From Actinomycetes bacterium (GTDB lineage Bacteria; Actinomycetota; Actinomycetes; JBOGEN01), in the NCBI GenBank assembly GCA_050743265.1, contig JBOGEN010000225.1:166-64165 (forward strand): 64,000 nt of DNA. Direction: 5' to 3'. Below, in pieces: positions 17,655 through 26,983 of the stretch (within the stretch, counting starts at the first letter, position 1; every line of letters begins with the position of its first letter). Both the position numbers and the translations under genes were made by a program. Under the pieces are notes generated by a model. It was not told the DNA's origin. It did not search any database and saw only the letters and a program-made list of their open reading frames with translations.

Positions 17655-18821
17655 TCAGGTGAGCGCGGCGATCAGCACGCTGGCGAGCAGTCCGCACGCC
17701 AGGACGGCCCCGGCGAGCACGGCCAGCGGTCGCCAGGCGACCTCACGGCGCATGACGAGCAGCGAGGGCAGGTTCGCGGCGGGCAGCGTGATCAGCAGGA
17801 CGGCCGCCACCGCGGGGGCCATGCCGGCGGCCAGGAGGCCCTGGATGATCGGGATCTCCGCCGCCGTCGCGATCGGGAACAGCAGGCCCACCAGCGCGAG
17901 GACGACCGCCGTGGCCACCGCGGCGCCCTCGGCGCTGCCGGACGCGGCGAACAGCCACCCTCGCAGGGCTCCGAGCACGAACACCGCGGCGACGTACCCG
18001 GGCAGGATCTGCCGCGCGAGCCGGCCGAGGACGCGGACGAACCGCACCGCCCCGTGCCGCAGCGAGGACGAGCCCACGGAGCCGCAGTCCAGCGCGCCCG
18101 CGGGCTCACCCGGGTCACTATCCTCGCCCCGGTTCCGGGCGATGCGGGCCAGCGCGGCGGTCACCGCGAACACGAGCAGGGCCCCGACCGTGACGCGTAC
18201 GGCCGCCCACTGCCACGGCAGCACCACCACGAGGAAGACGATCACGACAGGGTTCAGCGTGGGGTTGCCGACCCAGAAGGCGAGTGTGGACGGCGTGGAG
18301 GCGCCCTGCCGCCGCAGGCTCGACGCGACGGGGGCCGCGCAGCAGGAACACATCATCGAGGCCGTCGAGGCCAGCCCGGCGGTCACCACGTCACCGTGGG
18401 CCCGGCGCCGCCGCAGCGTCCGCAGCAGCCAGCGCCGGGGCAGGAACGTCTCCACCGCCGCGGCGATGAGGAACCCGGCGACGAGGGCGATCCACACCGA
18501 GTCGAAGTAGAGGACCGCGTAGTCCAGGCCTGCCTGCAGCGAAGGATCCGGCACCCGGCCGGTCCCGTCGACGAGAGCCGAGGTCCCCAAGGTGTGGTCA
18601 CCCATCACAGCGGGGACCTTGAGGGCATACGGCCACCACTTGGCCCAGGTCAAGGCGGCAACAGTGAGTGCGCAGAACAACACGACCGCCGGTACGGACA
18701 CCCGGCTCGCGTCCGCGGGAGCGGCGCGGGCAGCCGTACGGGCGCTGCTGCCGGGCAGGCTGTCAGCAATGTTCGGGGCCTTCGAGCCGGCGGTGCCGGC
18801 CTGGGGGTCTCGAGCAGGCAC
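17655..18821 (-). CDS. predicted permease (ArsP/DUF318-like, Cys-rich motif)
   Basis: Multi-TM protein with ...STASMMCSCCAAPVASSLRRQGAS.... The start is taken at GTG 18821 (GAGAGGA 8 nt upstream). The upstream 78 codons of ORF 17655..19055 run into the oxc promoter region. Confidence 0.7.
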   Translation of the reverse strand: MPARDPQAGTAGSKAPNIADSLPGSSARTAARAAPADASRVSVPAVVLFCALTVAALTWAKWWPYALKVPAVMGDHTLGTSALVDGTGRVPDPSLQAGLDYAVLYFDSVWIALVAGFLIAAAVETFLPRRWLLRTLRRRRAHGDVVTAGLASTASMMCSCCAAPVASSLRRQGASTPSTLAFWVGNPTLNPVVIVFLVVVLPWQWAAVRVTVGALLVFAVTAALARIARNRGEDSDPGEPAGALDCGSVGSSSLRHGAVRFVRVLGRLARQILPGYVAAVFVLGALRGWLFAASGSAEGAAVATAVVLALVGLLFPIATAAEIPIIQGLLAAGMAPAVAAVLLITLPAANLPSLLVMRREVAWRPLAVLAGAVLACGLLASVLIAALT

Positions 18822-18949
18822 GTGCGCCGTCCTCTCGCACCGCGGGGAGCGGTCTCTCGCGGCGGGCGGGGCCAGCCCGGGCGATGGAGGAAACCTCACC
18901 ACCCGGGCTGGACAAATGTCCCTATTCGGAGTAGGAGTGAGGACTACAT

Positions 18950-18960
18950 CATACGGTATG
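18950..18960. promoter_or_regulatory. palindrome CATAC-G-GTATG (core ATAC-G-GTAT) in the permease / oxc divergent region
   Basis: Read directly. It is embedded in the AT-richer stretch ...actacatcATACgGTATgcagtaagcc... Confidence 0.4.
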
Positions 18961-19045
18961 CAGTAAGCCAGCAGGCGCCACGGTGTCGCTGACCCCCCAG
19001 GCGGTCCAGGACATGCACGGCGGTGACCTCGTCCGACATGAGGAG

Positions 19046-20782
19046 ATGACCACACAGATGGCTCAGACCGCGAGCGAGCGCTCTACCGGAGCGACCTCCG
19101 AGCCGGCCCGCGACCCGGAGCAGATCTCCGGCGGCCACCTCGTCGCCAAGGCCCTCAAGGCCGAGGGTGTCGACACGATCTTCACTCTCTGCGGCGGCCA
19201 CATCATCGACATCTACGACGGATGCGTGGACGAGGGCATCCGGGTCGTCGACGTACGCCACGAGCAGGTAGCTGCGCACGCCGCCGACGCGTACGCGCGC
19301 CTCACAGGGAAACCCGGCTGTGCCGTCGTGACCGCGGGTCCGGGCACCACCGACGCGGTGACCGGCGTGGCGAACGCGCTGCGTGCCGAGAGCCCGATGC
19401 TGCTCATCGGCGGCCAGGGCGCGCTCACCCAGCACAAGATGGGCTCGCTGCAGGACCTGCCGCACGTCGACATGATGGGCCCGATCACGAAGTTCGCCGC
19501 GACGGTCCCGTCGACCGAGCGCGTGGCGGACCTGGTCTCGATGGCCTTCCGCGAGTGCTACCACGGGGCGCCTGGCCCGTCGTTCCTCGAGATCCCGCGC
19601 GACGTGCTCGACGCGAAGGTGCCGCGCGAGAAAGCGCGCATCCCTGCGGCCGGTCACTACCGCGCCTCGACCCGCAGCGCAGGCGACCCCGAGTCGATCG
19701 AGAAGCTCGCCGAGATCCTGGCGGGCGCGGAGAAGCCGTGCATCCTGCTCGGCAACCAGGTCTGGCAGTGCCGTGCGGCCGACGCGGCCACGGAGTTCGC
19801 CAAGACGCTGAACGTCCCCGTCTACATGAACGGGGCAGGTCGCGGCACGCTGCCCCCCGGCGACCCGCACCACTTCCAGCAGTCCCGGCGGTACGCGTTC
19901 AACAACGCCGATGTGATCATCATCGTGGGTACGCCGTTCGACTTCCGGATGGGCTACGGCCGCCGGCTCCCCGAGAACGCCACGGTCGTGCAGATCGACC
20001 TCGACTACCGCTCCGTCGGCAAGAACCGCGACGTCGACCTCGGCATCGTCGGCGACGCCGGCCTGGTCCTCTCGGCGGTGACGCGGTCGGTCTCCGGCCG
20101 TGACGAGTCCGGAGCGGCCAACCGCAAGCCGTGGCTGGAGGAGCTGCGCGCCGAGGAGACCCGCGCGTACGAGAAGCGCCTCCCGACCCAGCTCTCCGAC
20201 GCACAGCCGATCCACCCGCTGCGCCTCGTGCACGAGATCAACGAGTTCCTCACCGAGGACAGCATCTACATCGGGGACGGCGGCGACGTCGTCACGTTCT
20301 CCGGCGGCGTCGTCCAGCCGCGCAAGCCAGGGCACTGGATGGACCCGGGCCCGCTCGGCACGCTCGGTGTCGGCGTCCCGTTCGTCATGGCGGCCAAGCT
20401 CGCCTGCCCGGAGAAGGAGGTCGTCGCGCTCTTCGGTGACGGTGCCTTCAGCCTCACCGGCTGGGACTTCGAGACGCTGGTCCGCTTCGACCTGCCGTTC
20501 ATCGGTGTGATCGGCAACAACTCGTCGATGAACCAGATCCGCTACGGCCAGATCGCCAAGTACGGCGCCGACCGCGGAGAGATCGGCAACACGCTCGGTG
20601 ACGTCCGCTACTCCGAGTTCGCGAAGATGCTCGGCGGGTACGGCGAGGAGGTCCGCGACCCCAAGGACATCGCCCCGGCGCTGCAGCGGGCGCGGGAGTC
20701 CGGCAAGCCCTCGCTCATCAACGTCTGGATCGACCCGGAGGTCTACGCCCCCGGGACCATGAACCAGACCATGTACAAGTGA
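19046..20782 (+). CDS. oxc: oxalyl-CoA decarboxylase (ThDP-dependent)
   Basis: ...GGHLVAKALKAEGVDTIFTLCGGHI...VRHEQVAAHAADAYARLTGKPGCAVVTAGPG...MGSLQDLPHVDMM... It sits directly upstream of frc. The start is either 19046 or 19058. Confidence 0.9.
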   Translation: MTTQMAQTASERSTGATSEPARDPEQISGGHLVAKALKAEGVDTIFTLCGGHIIDIYDGCVDEGIRVVDVRHEQVAAHAADAYARLTGKPGCAVVTAGPGTTDAVTGVANALRAESPMLLIGGQGALTQHKMGSLQDLPHVDMMGPITKFAATVPSTERVADLVSMAFRECYHGAPGPSFLEIPRDVLDAKVPREKARIPAAGHYRASTRSAGDPESIEKLAEILAGAEKPCILLGNQVWQCRAADAATEFAKTLNVPVYMNGAGRGTLPPGDPHHFQQSRRYAFNNADVIIIVGTPFDFRMGYGRRLPENATVVQIDLDYRSVGKNRDVDLGIVGDAGLVLSAVTRSVSGRDESGAANRKPWLEELRAEETRAYEKRLPTQLSDAQPIHPLRLVHEINEFLTEDSIYIGDGGDVVTFSGGVVQPRKPGHWMDPGPLGTLGVGVPFVMAAKLACPEKEVVALFGDGAFSLTGWDFETLVRFDLPFIGVIGNNSSMNQIRYGQIAKYGADRGEIGNTLGDVRYSEFAKMLGGYGEEVRDPKDIAPALQRARESGKPSLINVWIDPEVYAPGTMNQTMYK

Positions 20783-20821
20783 CGGGCCTTCCCCTGTGAG
20801 TTCTGCATGAGAGGAGGGGCC

Positions 20822-22048
20822 ATGGCGAAGGCCCTCGACGGTGTCCGTGTGCTCGACATGACCCATGTCCAGTCCGGCCCGTCAGCCACGCAGATCCTCG
20901 CCTGGCTGGGCGCGGACGTGGTGAAACTCGAGGCACCGACCGGCGACGTGACGCGCGGGCAGCTGCGCGACCTGCCGGACGTGGACAGCCTGTACTTCAC
21001 GATGCTCAACGGCAACAAGCGCAGCATCACGCTCAACATGAAGTCCGACAAGGGCAAGGAGATCTTCACCAAGCTGGTGGCGAACTCCGACGTCCTCGTC
21101 GAGAACTTCGGTCCCGGGGCCATCGACCGGATGGGCTTCACCTGGGACAAGCTCCAGGAGATCAACCCGCGGCTCGTGTACGCGTCCATCAAGGGCTTCG
21201 GCCCCGGCAGGTACGCCGACTTCAAGGCGTACGAGGTCGTGGCCCAGGCGATGGGCGGCGCGATGGCGACCACCGGCTTCGAGGACGGGCCACCGACGGC
21301 CACCGGAGCCCAGATCGGGGACTCGGGTACGGGCATCCATCTGGTCGCGGGTATCCTCGCCGCGCTCTACCAGCGTGTCACCACGGGGCGAGGACAGCGC
21401 GTCAACGTCGCCATGCAGGAGGCAGTGCTCAACTTGTGCCGGGTCAAGCTCCGTGACCAGCAGCGGCTGGCCCACGGGCCGCTCAATGAATACCCCAACG
21501 CCGAGTTCGGCGACGAGGTGCCGCGGTCGGGCAACGCGTCCGGCGGCGGCCAGCCGGGCTGGGCCGTGAAGTGCCAGGGCGGCGGCCCCAACGACTACAT
21601 CTACGTGATCATCCAGCCGCCCGGCTGGGAGCCGCTGATGAAGCTCGTCGGCCGCCCCGAGCTCGTCGACGACCCGGAATGGGCGACGCCCAAGGCCCGG
21701 CTCGACAAGCTCGACAAGTGCTTCGCGCTCATCGAGGAGTGGACGGAGCAGCACTCCAAGGCCGAGGTCATGGACGCGCTCAACGCTCACAACATCCCCT
21801 GTGGGCCGATCCTGTCGACCAAGGAGCTCATCGAGGACGAGACGCTCGCGGACCTCGGCGCCGTCGTCGACGTCGACCACCCCACCCGGGGCGTCTACAA
21901 GACCGTGGGCTGCCCGGTGAAGCTCTCGGACTCGCCGGTGAACGTCGAGCGGTCGCCGCTGCTCGGAGAGCACAACGATCTGGTGTACGGCGAGCTCGGC
22001 CTCACGCACGACCAGCTGTCCGAGCTCAAGGCGGAGGGCGTCCTGTAG
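20822..22048 (+). CDS. frc: formyl-CoA:oxalate CoA-transferase
   Basis: [37 protein letters not shown]...[16 protein letters not shown]...VENFGPGA...GDSGTG... is a class III CoA-transferase with Frc-type sequence. SD GAGGAGGGG lies before ATG 20822. Confidence 0.93.
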   Translation: MAKALDGVRVLDMTHVQSGPSATQILAWLGADVVKLEAPTGDVTRGQLRDLPDVDSLYFTMLNGNKRSITLNMKSDKGKEIFTKLVANSDVLVENFGPGAIDRMGFTWDKLQEINPRLVYASIKGFGPGRYADFKAYEVVAQAMGGAMATTGFEDGPPTATGAQIGDSGTGIHLVAGILAALYQRVTTGRGQRVNVAMQEAVLNLCRVKLRDQQRLAHGPLNEYPNAEFGDEVPRSGNASGGGQPGWAVKCQGGGPNDYIYVIIQPPGWEPLMKLVGRPELVDDPEWATPKARLDKLDKCFALIEEWTEQHSKAEVMDALNAHNIPCGPILSTKELIEDETLADLGAVVDVDHPTRGVYKTVGCPVKLSDSPVNVERSPLLGEHNDLVYGELGLTHDQLSELKAEGVL

Positions 22049-22131
22049 ATGGTTCCGCTACGCCCCCAGACCCGGCACGCACGCGACCGGAACGTACGTA
22101 TGGGCACCCCCGCCCACGAGGAGGAGAACTG

Positions 22132-24261
22132 ATGGCCTACGACCGTGACGCGGCGAAGGCAGTCGTCGACAGGGCACTGGCGGACGGCCGCTCGTCGCTG
22201 ACCGCGGACGAGGGCAAGGCAGTCTGTGACGCCTACGGCATCCCGACGCCTGCCGAAGGCATCGCCACCTCCGCGGACGAGGCCTCGTCCCTCGCCCGGG
22301 AGATCGGCTTCCCGGTGGTCATGAAGATCGTCTCGCCGGACATCCTGCACAAGACCGAGGCCGGCGGCGTGGTCGTGGGAGTCGACTCGCCCGAGCGCGT
22401 CGCGGAGACGTTCAACACGATCACGGCGAGCGCCAAGGCCTACAAGGCCGACGCGAGCATCACCGGCGTCCAGGTGCAGCAGATGCTCACCTCGGGCGAG
22501 GAGGTCATCGTCGGTGCGACGACTGACCCGACGTTCGGCAAGGTGGTCGCGTTCGGCCTGGGCGGCGTCCTGGTCGAGGTGCTCAAGGACGTGACGTTCC
22601 GGCTGGCACCGACCACGGCCGAGGAGGCCGCGTCCATGGTGGACGGCATCGCCACCGCCGAGGTGCTCGACGGTGTCCGCGGCCGGCCCGCCTCCGACAA
22701 GGCGGCCGTGGCGGACATCATCAAGAGGGTGTCCGACCTGGTCACCGACATCCCGGCGCTGTCCGAGGTCGACCTCAACCCGGTGCTCGCCACGCCGAAC
22801 GGCGCCACCGCGGTCGACGTTCGCCTGCTCGTGGACGAGGACGCGGCCAAGCCGGTCCAGCGGTTCAGCCAGGACGAGATCCTCGCGTCGATGAACCGCA
22901 TCATGAGGCCGCGGTCCATCGCCGTGATCGGCGCGTCCAACGAGGCCGGCAAGATCGGCAACTCGGTGATGCGCAACCTCGTCGACGGCGGCTACAAGGG
23001 CGACATCTACCCGGTGAACCCGAAGGCCGACGAGATCCTCGGCCTGACCGCGTACAAGAGCGTGTCCGAGGTGCCCGGCGAGGTCGACGTCGCGGTGTTC
23101 GCTGTGCCGGCCAAGTTCGTCCCGTCCACGCTGGAGCAGGTCGGCGAGAAGGGGATCGCCGGTGCGATCCTCATCCCCTCCGGCTTCGCCGAGACCGGCA
23201 ACCAGGAGCTGCAGGACGAGGCCGTCGCCGTGGCCCGCAAGCACGGCGTACGCCTGCTCGGGCCGAACATCTACGGCTACTACTACACGCCGGAGAACCT
23301 CTGCGCGACGTTCTGCACGCCGTACGACGTCAAGGGTGAGGTCGCCCTGACCTCGCAGAGCGGCGGCATCGGCATGGCGATCCTCGGCTTCAGCCGGAGC
23401 ACCAAGATGGGTGTCTCCGCGATCGTCGGCGTCGGGAACAAGGCCGACATCGACGAGGACGACCTGCTCACCTTCTTCGAGCAGGACGACAACACCGGCT
23501 GCATCGCCATGCACCTCGAGGACCTCAAGGACGGCCGCGCCTTCGCCGAGGTGGCCAAGCGCGTGTCGAAGAAGAAGCCGGTCATCGTGCTCAAGGCCGG
23601 GCGCACCGACATGGGTGCCCGTGCGGCGAGCTCGCACACCGGTGCTCTCGCCGGCAACGACAAGGTGTACGACGACATCCTGCGGCAGAGCGGAGTGCTG
23701 CGCGCGCCAGGCCTCAACGAGATGCTCGAGTACGCCCGGGGCGTGCCGCTGCTCCCGACGCCGAAGGGCGAGAACGTCGTCATCATCACCGGTGCCGGCG
23801 GGTCGGGCGTCCTGCTCTCGGACGCGGTCGTCGACAACGACCTCACGCTGATGACGATGCCGCCGGACCTGGACGAGGCCTTCAAGGCGTACATCCCGCC
23901 GTTCGGCGCGTCCGGCAACCCGGTCGACATCACCGGTGGCGAGCCGCCTTTGACGTACCGGAACACGATCAAGCTGGGGCTCGAGGACGAGCGCGTCCAC
24001 TCGCTCATCCTCGGCTACTGGCACACGATCGTGACGCCGCCGATGGTGTTCGCCGAGCTCGTCGCCGAGGTCGTCGACGAGGCCCGCGCGAACGGCATCG
24101 ACAAGCCGGTCGTCGCGTCCCTGTCCGGGGACGTCGAGGTCGAGAAGGCGAGCGACTACCTGTTCGACCACGGGGTCGTCGCGTACCCGTACACGACGGA
24201 GAAGCCTGTCGCGGTGCTGGGGGCGAAGTACCGCTGGGCACGGGGTGCAGGACTGCTCTGA
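22132..24261 (+). CDS. fused NDP-forming acyl-CoA synthetase (ACD family), ATP-grasp (beta) domain N-terminal to the CoA-binding/ligase (alpha) domains
   Basis: N-terminus ...CDAYGIPTP...GFPVVMKIVSPDILHKTEAGGVVVGV (ATP-grasp). Then RPRSIAVIGASNEAGKIGNSVMRNL...YPVNP (CoA-binding), LTSQSGGIGMAI and AASSHTGALAG (phosphohistidine loop). SD GAGGAGGAG lies before ATG 22132. Confidence 0.88.
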   Translation: MAYDRDAAKAVVDRALADGRSSLTADEGKAVCDAYGIPTPAEGIATSADEASSLAREIGFPVVMKIVSPDILHKTEAGGVVVGVDSPERVAETFNTITASAKAYKADASITGVQVQQMLTSGEEVIVGATTDPTFGKVVAFGLGGVLVEVLKDVTFRLAPTTAEEAASMVDGIATAEVLDGVRGRPASDKAAVADIIKRVSDLVTDIPALSEVDLNPVLATPNGATAVDVRLLVDEDAAKPVQRFSQDEILASMNRIMRPRSIAVIGASNEAGKIGNSVMRNLVDGGYKGDIYPVNPKADEILGLTAYKSVSEVPGEVDVAVFAVPAKFVPSTLEQVGEKGIAGAILIPSGFAETGNQELQDEAVAVARKHGVRLLGPNIYGYYYTPENLCATFCTPYDVKGEVALTSQSGGIGMAILGFSRSTKMGVSAIVGVGNKADIDEDDLLTFFEQDDNTGCIAMHLEDLKDGRAFAEVAKRVSKKKPVIVLKAGRTDMGARAASSHTGALAGNDKVYDDILRQSGVLRAPGLNEMLEYARGVPLLPTPKGENVVIITGAGGSGVLLSDAVVDNDLTLMTMPPDLDEAFKAYIPPFGASGNPVDITGGEPPLTYRNTIKLGLEDERVHSLILGYWHTIVTPPMVFAELVAEVVDEARANGIDKPVVASLSGDVEVEKASDYLFDHGVVAYPYTTEKPVAVLGAKYRWARGAGLL

Positions 24262-24439
24262 GGAGACGCAACGCAGGGAGGCCAAGGGGTGGACGAAGGA
24301 GTTGATGTCGTAAACCACACAGGACACGGCCAAGACTGACGACCCGACCCGACCGGTAGATCTTCGACCGCACCAACTGCCGGGCCGCCAGCCAAGAGGA
24401 GTCATTCAACCAACTCCCGGACCCTCAAGAGAGGTCGTC

Positions 24440-25939
24440 GTGGACGTCGAAAACACCCCTCCATCGTCCCAGGTCGGGGCGTCAAGCGTTACTGAAGAAC
24501 GTGTCTGGCATGCGGGCCGTGAGGAGCCCATGCCCATCCGGACGTTGCCGGATCCGCCTGCCTCGATTCACATCACCGGGCCTGCCATGATCCTCGTCGC
24601 CCTCGGCGTCGGCCTTGGTGAGACGTACATGTGGCCGCGGCTGGTCGTGCTGTTCGGCCCGGACATCCGGTGGCTGTTCCTCGTCGGCGTCAGCCTGCAG
24701 GCCGTCGTCATGATGGAGATGGCCCGCTACGCCCTGGCGACCGGAGAGAGCATCTTCTTCGGCGCAGCCCGGGTGTTCAAGCCGTTGATGTGGTTGTTCT
24801 TCGTCACGGCCCTGCTCACCTACATCTGGCCCGGCCACATCGCCGGCGGCGCGCTGGCCCTCGGGCAGATCATCGATGTCAACTATGTCGTGCTCGGGAT
24901 CGTCGGGCTCTTGACCATCGGGCTGGTGTTCTCGTTCGCGACGGTCATCTACAACCTGCTCGAGAACGTCCTGTCGGTCCTCATCGGGGTCCTGGTCCTC
25001 GGGTCGGCGATCGTGGCGTCCATCGTCGGGAGCATGGAGCACGTCTCCAGCACGCTCACCGGCATGTTCGCGTTCGGCTACTTCCCGAGCGAGGCCCACA
25101 CCGCGCTCTGGTTCCCCGTCATCGTCGGGTCGATCGCCTTCGCCGGGCCGTCGGGGATGCAGCAGATGTGGTACACGCTCTACCTGCGTGACAAGGGCGC
25201 GGGCATGGGCGCCTACCTGCCGAAGATCCGCGGGCTGACCCACTCCGGCGAAGAGGAGACCATGCCGGATCGCGGGTACATGTTCGACACGGACAACCCG
25301 GCCGAGGTCGAGAAGTGGAAGGGCTGGCGTCGCTGGGTCAACTACGACGCGATCGTGCTCTTCTGGGGCATCACCATGCTCGTGACCATCGTGTTCACCG
25401 TGCTCGCCCAGGCTGCGTCGGCTCGCAACCCGAACGTCGCCGACCTGCTGCGGGCCGACGAGCAGGACGCCGCGCTGCAGGCGATGGCCGACGCGTTCAG
25501 TGCGGCCGGTGGGCCGGCGCTCGGCACCTTCTTCTTCGGGTTCATCGCACTCGTCGCGTGGAAGTCGAGCCTGGGTCTGTTCGACGCGTTCTCCCGCGGC
25601 CAGGCAGACATCACGTACTACTTCATCCCGGGCATGAAGCGATTCAAGATGTCACACATCTACTTCGGCTTCCTCTGGGGCGTGATCCTGTTCGGCTGCG
25701 TGACGCTGGTGACCATGGGTGACAGCGACGGACCAGGAGCGATCCTGGACCTGCTGGCCTTCCTGTCGGCGTTCTCGATGGGTGCGTACTGCATCGTCCT
25801 GCTGCTGGTGAACAACACGCTGTTGCCGAAGAAGATCAGGCCGAACATCCTCACGAACGCGATCATCGCGTTCGGTGCGGTGTTCTACCTGGGCGCGCAG
25901 TTCTACAGCCTGTTCAAGTTCGGGGCCCCGCTCGACTGA
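24440..25939 (+). CDS. Nramp-superfamily-like membrane transporter, uncharacterised subfamily (paralogue 1)
   Basis: About 11-12 hydrophobic segments: GPAMILVALGVGLGETYMWPRLV... and ...FAGPSGMQQMWYTLYLRD.... It aligns along its full length with 28409..29905. The family assignment is by eye only. Confidence 0.8.
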   Translation: MDVENTPPSSQVGASSVTEERVWHAGREEPMPIRTLPDPPASIHITGPAMILVALGVGLGETYMWPRLVVLFGPDIRWLFLVGVSLQAVVMMEMARYALATGESIFFGAARVFKPLMWLFFVTALLTYIWPGHIAGGALALGQIIDVNYVVLGIVGLLTIGLVFSFATVIYNLLENVLSVLIGVLVLGSAIVASIVGSMEHVSSTLTGMFAFGYFPSEAHTALWFPVIVGSIAFAGPSGMQQMWYTLYLRDKGAGMGAYLPKIRGLTHSGEEETMPDRGYMFDTDNPAEVEKWKGWRRWVNYDAIVLFWGITMLVTIVFTVLAQAASARNPNVADLLRADEQDAALQAMADAFSAAGGPALGTFFFGFIALVAWKSSLGLFDAFSRGQADITYYFIPGMKRFKMSHIYFGFLWGVILFGCVTLVTMGDSDGPGAILDLLAFLSAFSMGAYCIVLLLVNNTLLPKKIRPNILTNAIIAFGAVFYLGAQFYSLFKFGAPLD

Positions 25940-25956
25940 CGACTGAAAGGGATCCG

Positions 25957-26535
25957 ATGACAACGGAGAGGCTGACGGGCCGTCAGCAAGGAGAACTGCT
26001 TCTCCCGGGGGCAGCCATCGGCCTCACCGCGGGCTTCGTGGCTGGGGTGGTGGCCGCCTTCGGCGGCCTCCACCTCGGCTACGTCCTCGGCATGGCTGTC
26101 GGGCTGGGTGTGCCGCTCGCGTTCGCTGGTGCCGGATACGAGGCCCTGCTTGCGTCGGGGCGGGTGCGCTTCAGCGGCATTTTCCCCGCGGCGGTGTTCT
26201 GGCTGTTCGCATTCCCGCTCGCGCGCGTGGTCCACGAGTTCACCCTCGACATGCTCACAGGTCACCTGTTCGCCCTCCCGGACGCGCTGGTGCCGTTCCT
26301 GGCGTACCAGGCGCTCATCAGCACGGGCTTCACGGTCGGGTTCATGTGGCTGCACGAGCACGTGGCTCCGGTCTGGTGGGTAAAGATCGCCTACCGCAAC
26401 CCTCGCGCCGCCGAGTACGTCGCGGTCAAGCTGCGGCAGGCGGACCGGCTCCAGCAGACCAAGCAGAAGGAGAAGGACAAGCGCGACCAGAAGCGGAAGG
26501 AGCGAAGGGAGGCCGGCTCCGGTGTCGGTTCTTGA
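25957..26535 (+). CDS. small membrane protein with a Lys/Glu/Arg/Gln-rich C-terminal tail (hypothetical)
   Basis: About four hydrophobic segments followed by ...KLRQADRLQQTKQKEKDKRDQKRKERREAG. It starts 18 nt after the transporter stop, with AAAGGGA upstream. Confidence 0.65.
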   Translation: MTTERLTGRQQGELLLPGAAIGLTAGFVAGVVAAFGGLHLGYVLGMAVGLGVPLAFAGAGYEALLASGRVRFSGIFPAAVFWLFAFPLARVVHEFTLDMLTGHLFALPDALVPFLAYQALISTGFTVGFMWLHEHVAPVWWVKIAYRNPRAAEYVAVKLRQADRLQQTKQKEKDKRDQKRKERREAGSGVGS

Positions 26536-26545
26536 CGACACGAGT

Positions 26546-26580
26546 ACCCACCGGTAAGAGCGCGCTCTTTACCGGTGGGT
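26546..26580. terminator. long GC-rich hairpin (bidirectional terminator candidate)
   Basis: acccaccggtaagagcg / cgctctttaccggtgggt form a stem of about 14-17 bp with one bulged T. It begins 11 nt after the stop at 26535. There is no clear U-tract. Confidence 0.45.
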
Positions 26581-26793
26581 CACTCGATGTGATACGGCGT
26601 GGTCGCCCTGGTCGTCCAACTCGAAGCCGACGACCTGTGCGCGACACCAGGCGCCCCGCACACTCAGGCGGCGACAGGGGCCTCGCGGTCCGTGGTGGTC
26701 TCCACCGCGACCGGGTCCTCGATCGGCCGAACCGACTCGAGGCTTGCATCCCGCGCACGCAGGGCACCAAAACGACGGGTGAAGAGCACGGCT

Positions 26794-26850
26794 GTTCTCC
26801 TTGTCTCGGTTCTCGGGTGTTCTCAGGTGCAGGGCAGCTGGTTCTGTTCT
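26794..26850. repeat. array of five GTTCT pentamers (three as GTTCTC) in a non-coding gap
   Basis: GTTCT occurs at 26794, 26809, 26819, 26841 and 26846. A GGGCAG/CTGCCC hairpin (26832..26854) spans the last two. Confidence 0.8.
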
Positions 26851-26983
26851 GCCCTACGTACGAGCCAACATCGGCGGCGGGCCTGACGATGCCGCCGAGC
26901 GATGTGATCTGCCTTACATCACCGCAGGTCAGGGCGGCGAATGACCCGTCTCCGCCCGTCAGGTCACGAGGAAACGCAGGGAG

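Noticed and set aside
24262-24439. The 180-nt lower-GC leader upstream of transporter 1, considered as a possible riboswitch. The same applies to 28130..28408 upstream of transporter 2.
   Set aside because: I could not match it to any riboswitch class from memory, and only short generic hairpins are visible. The region conserved between the two paralogues is limited to about 30 bp before the start codon.
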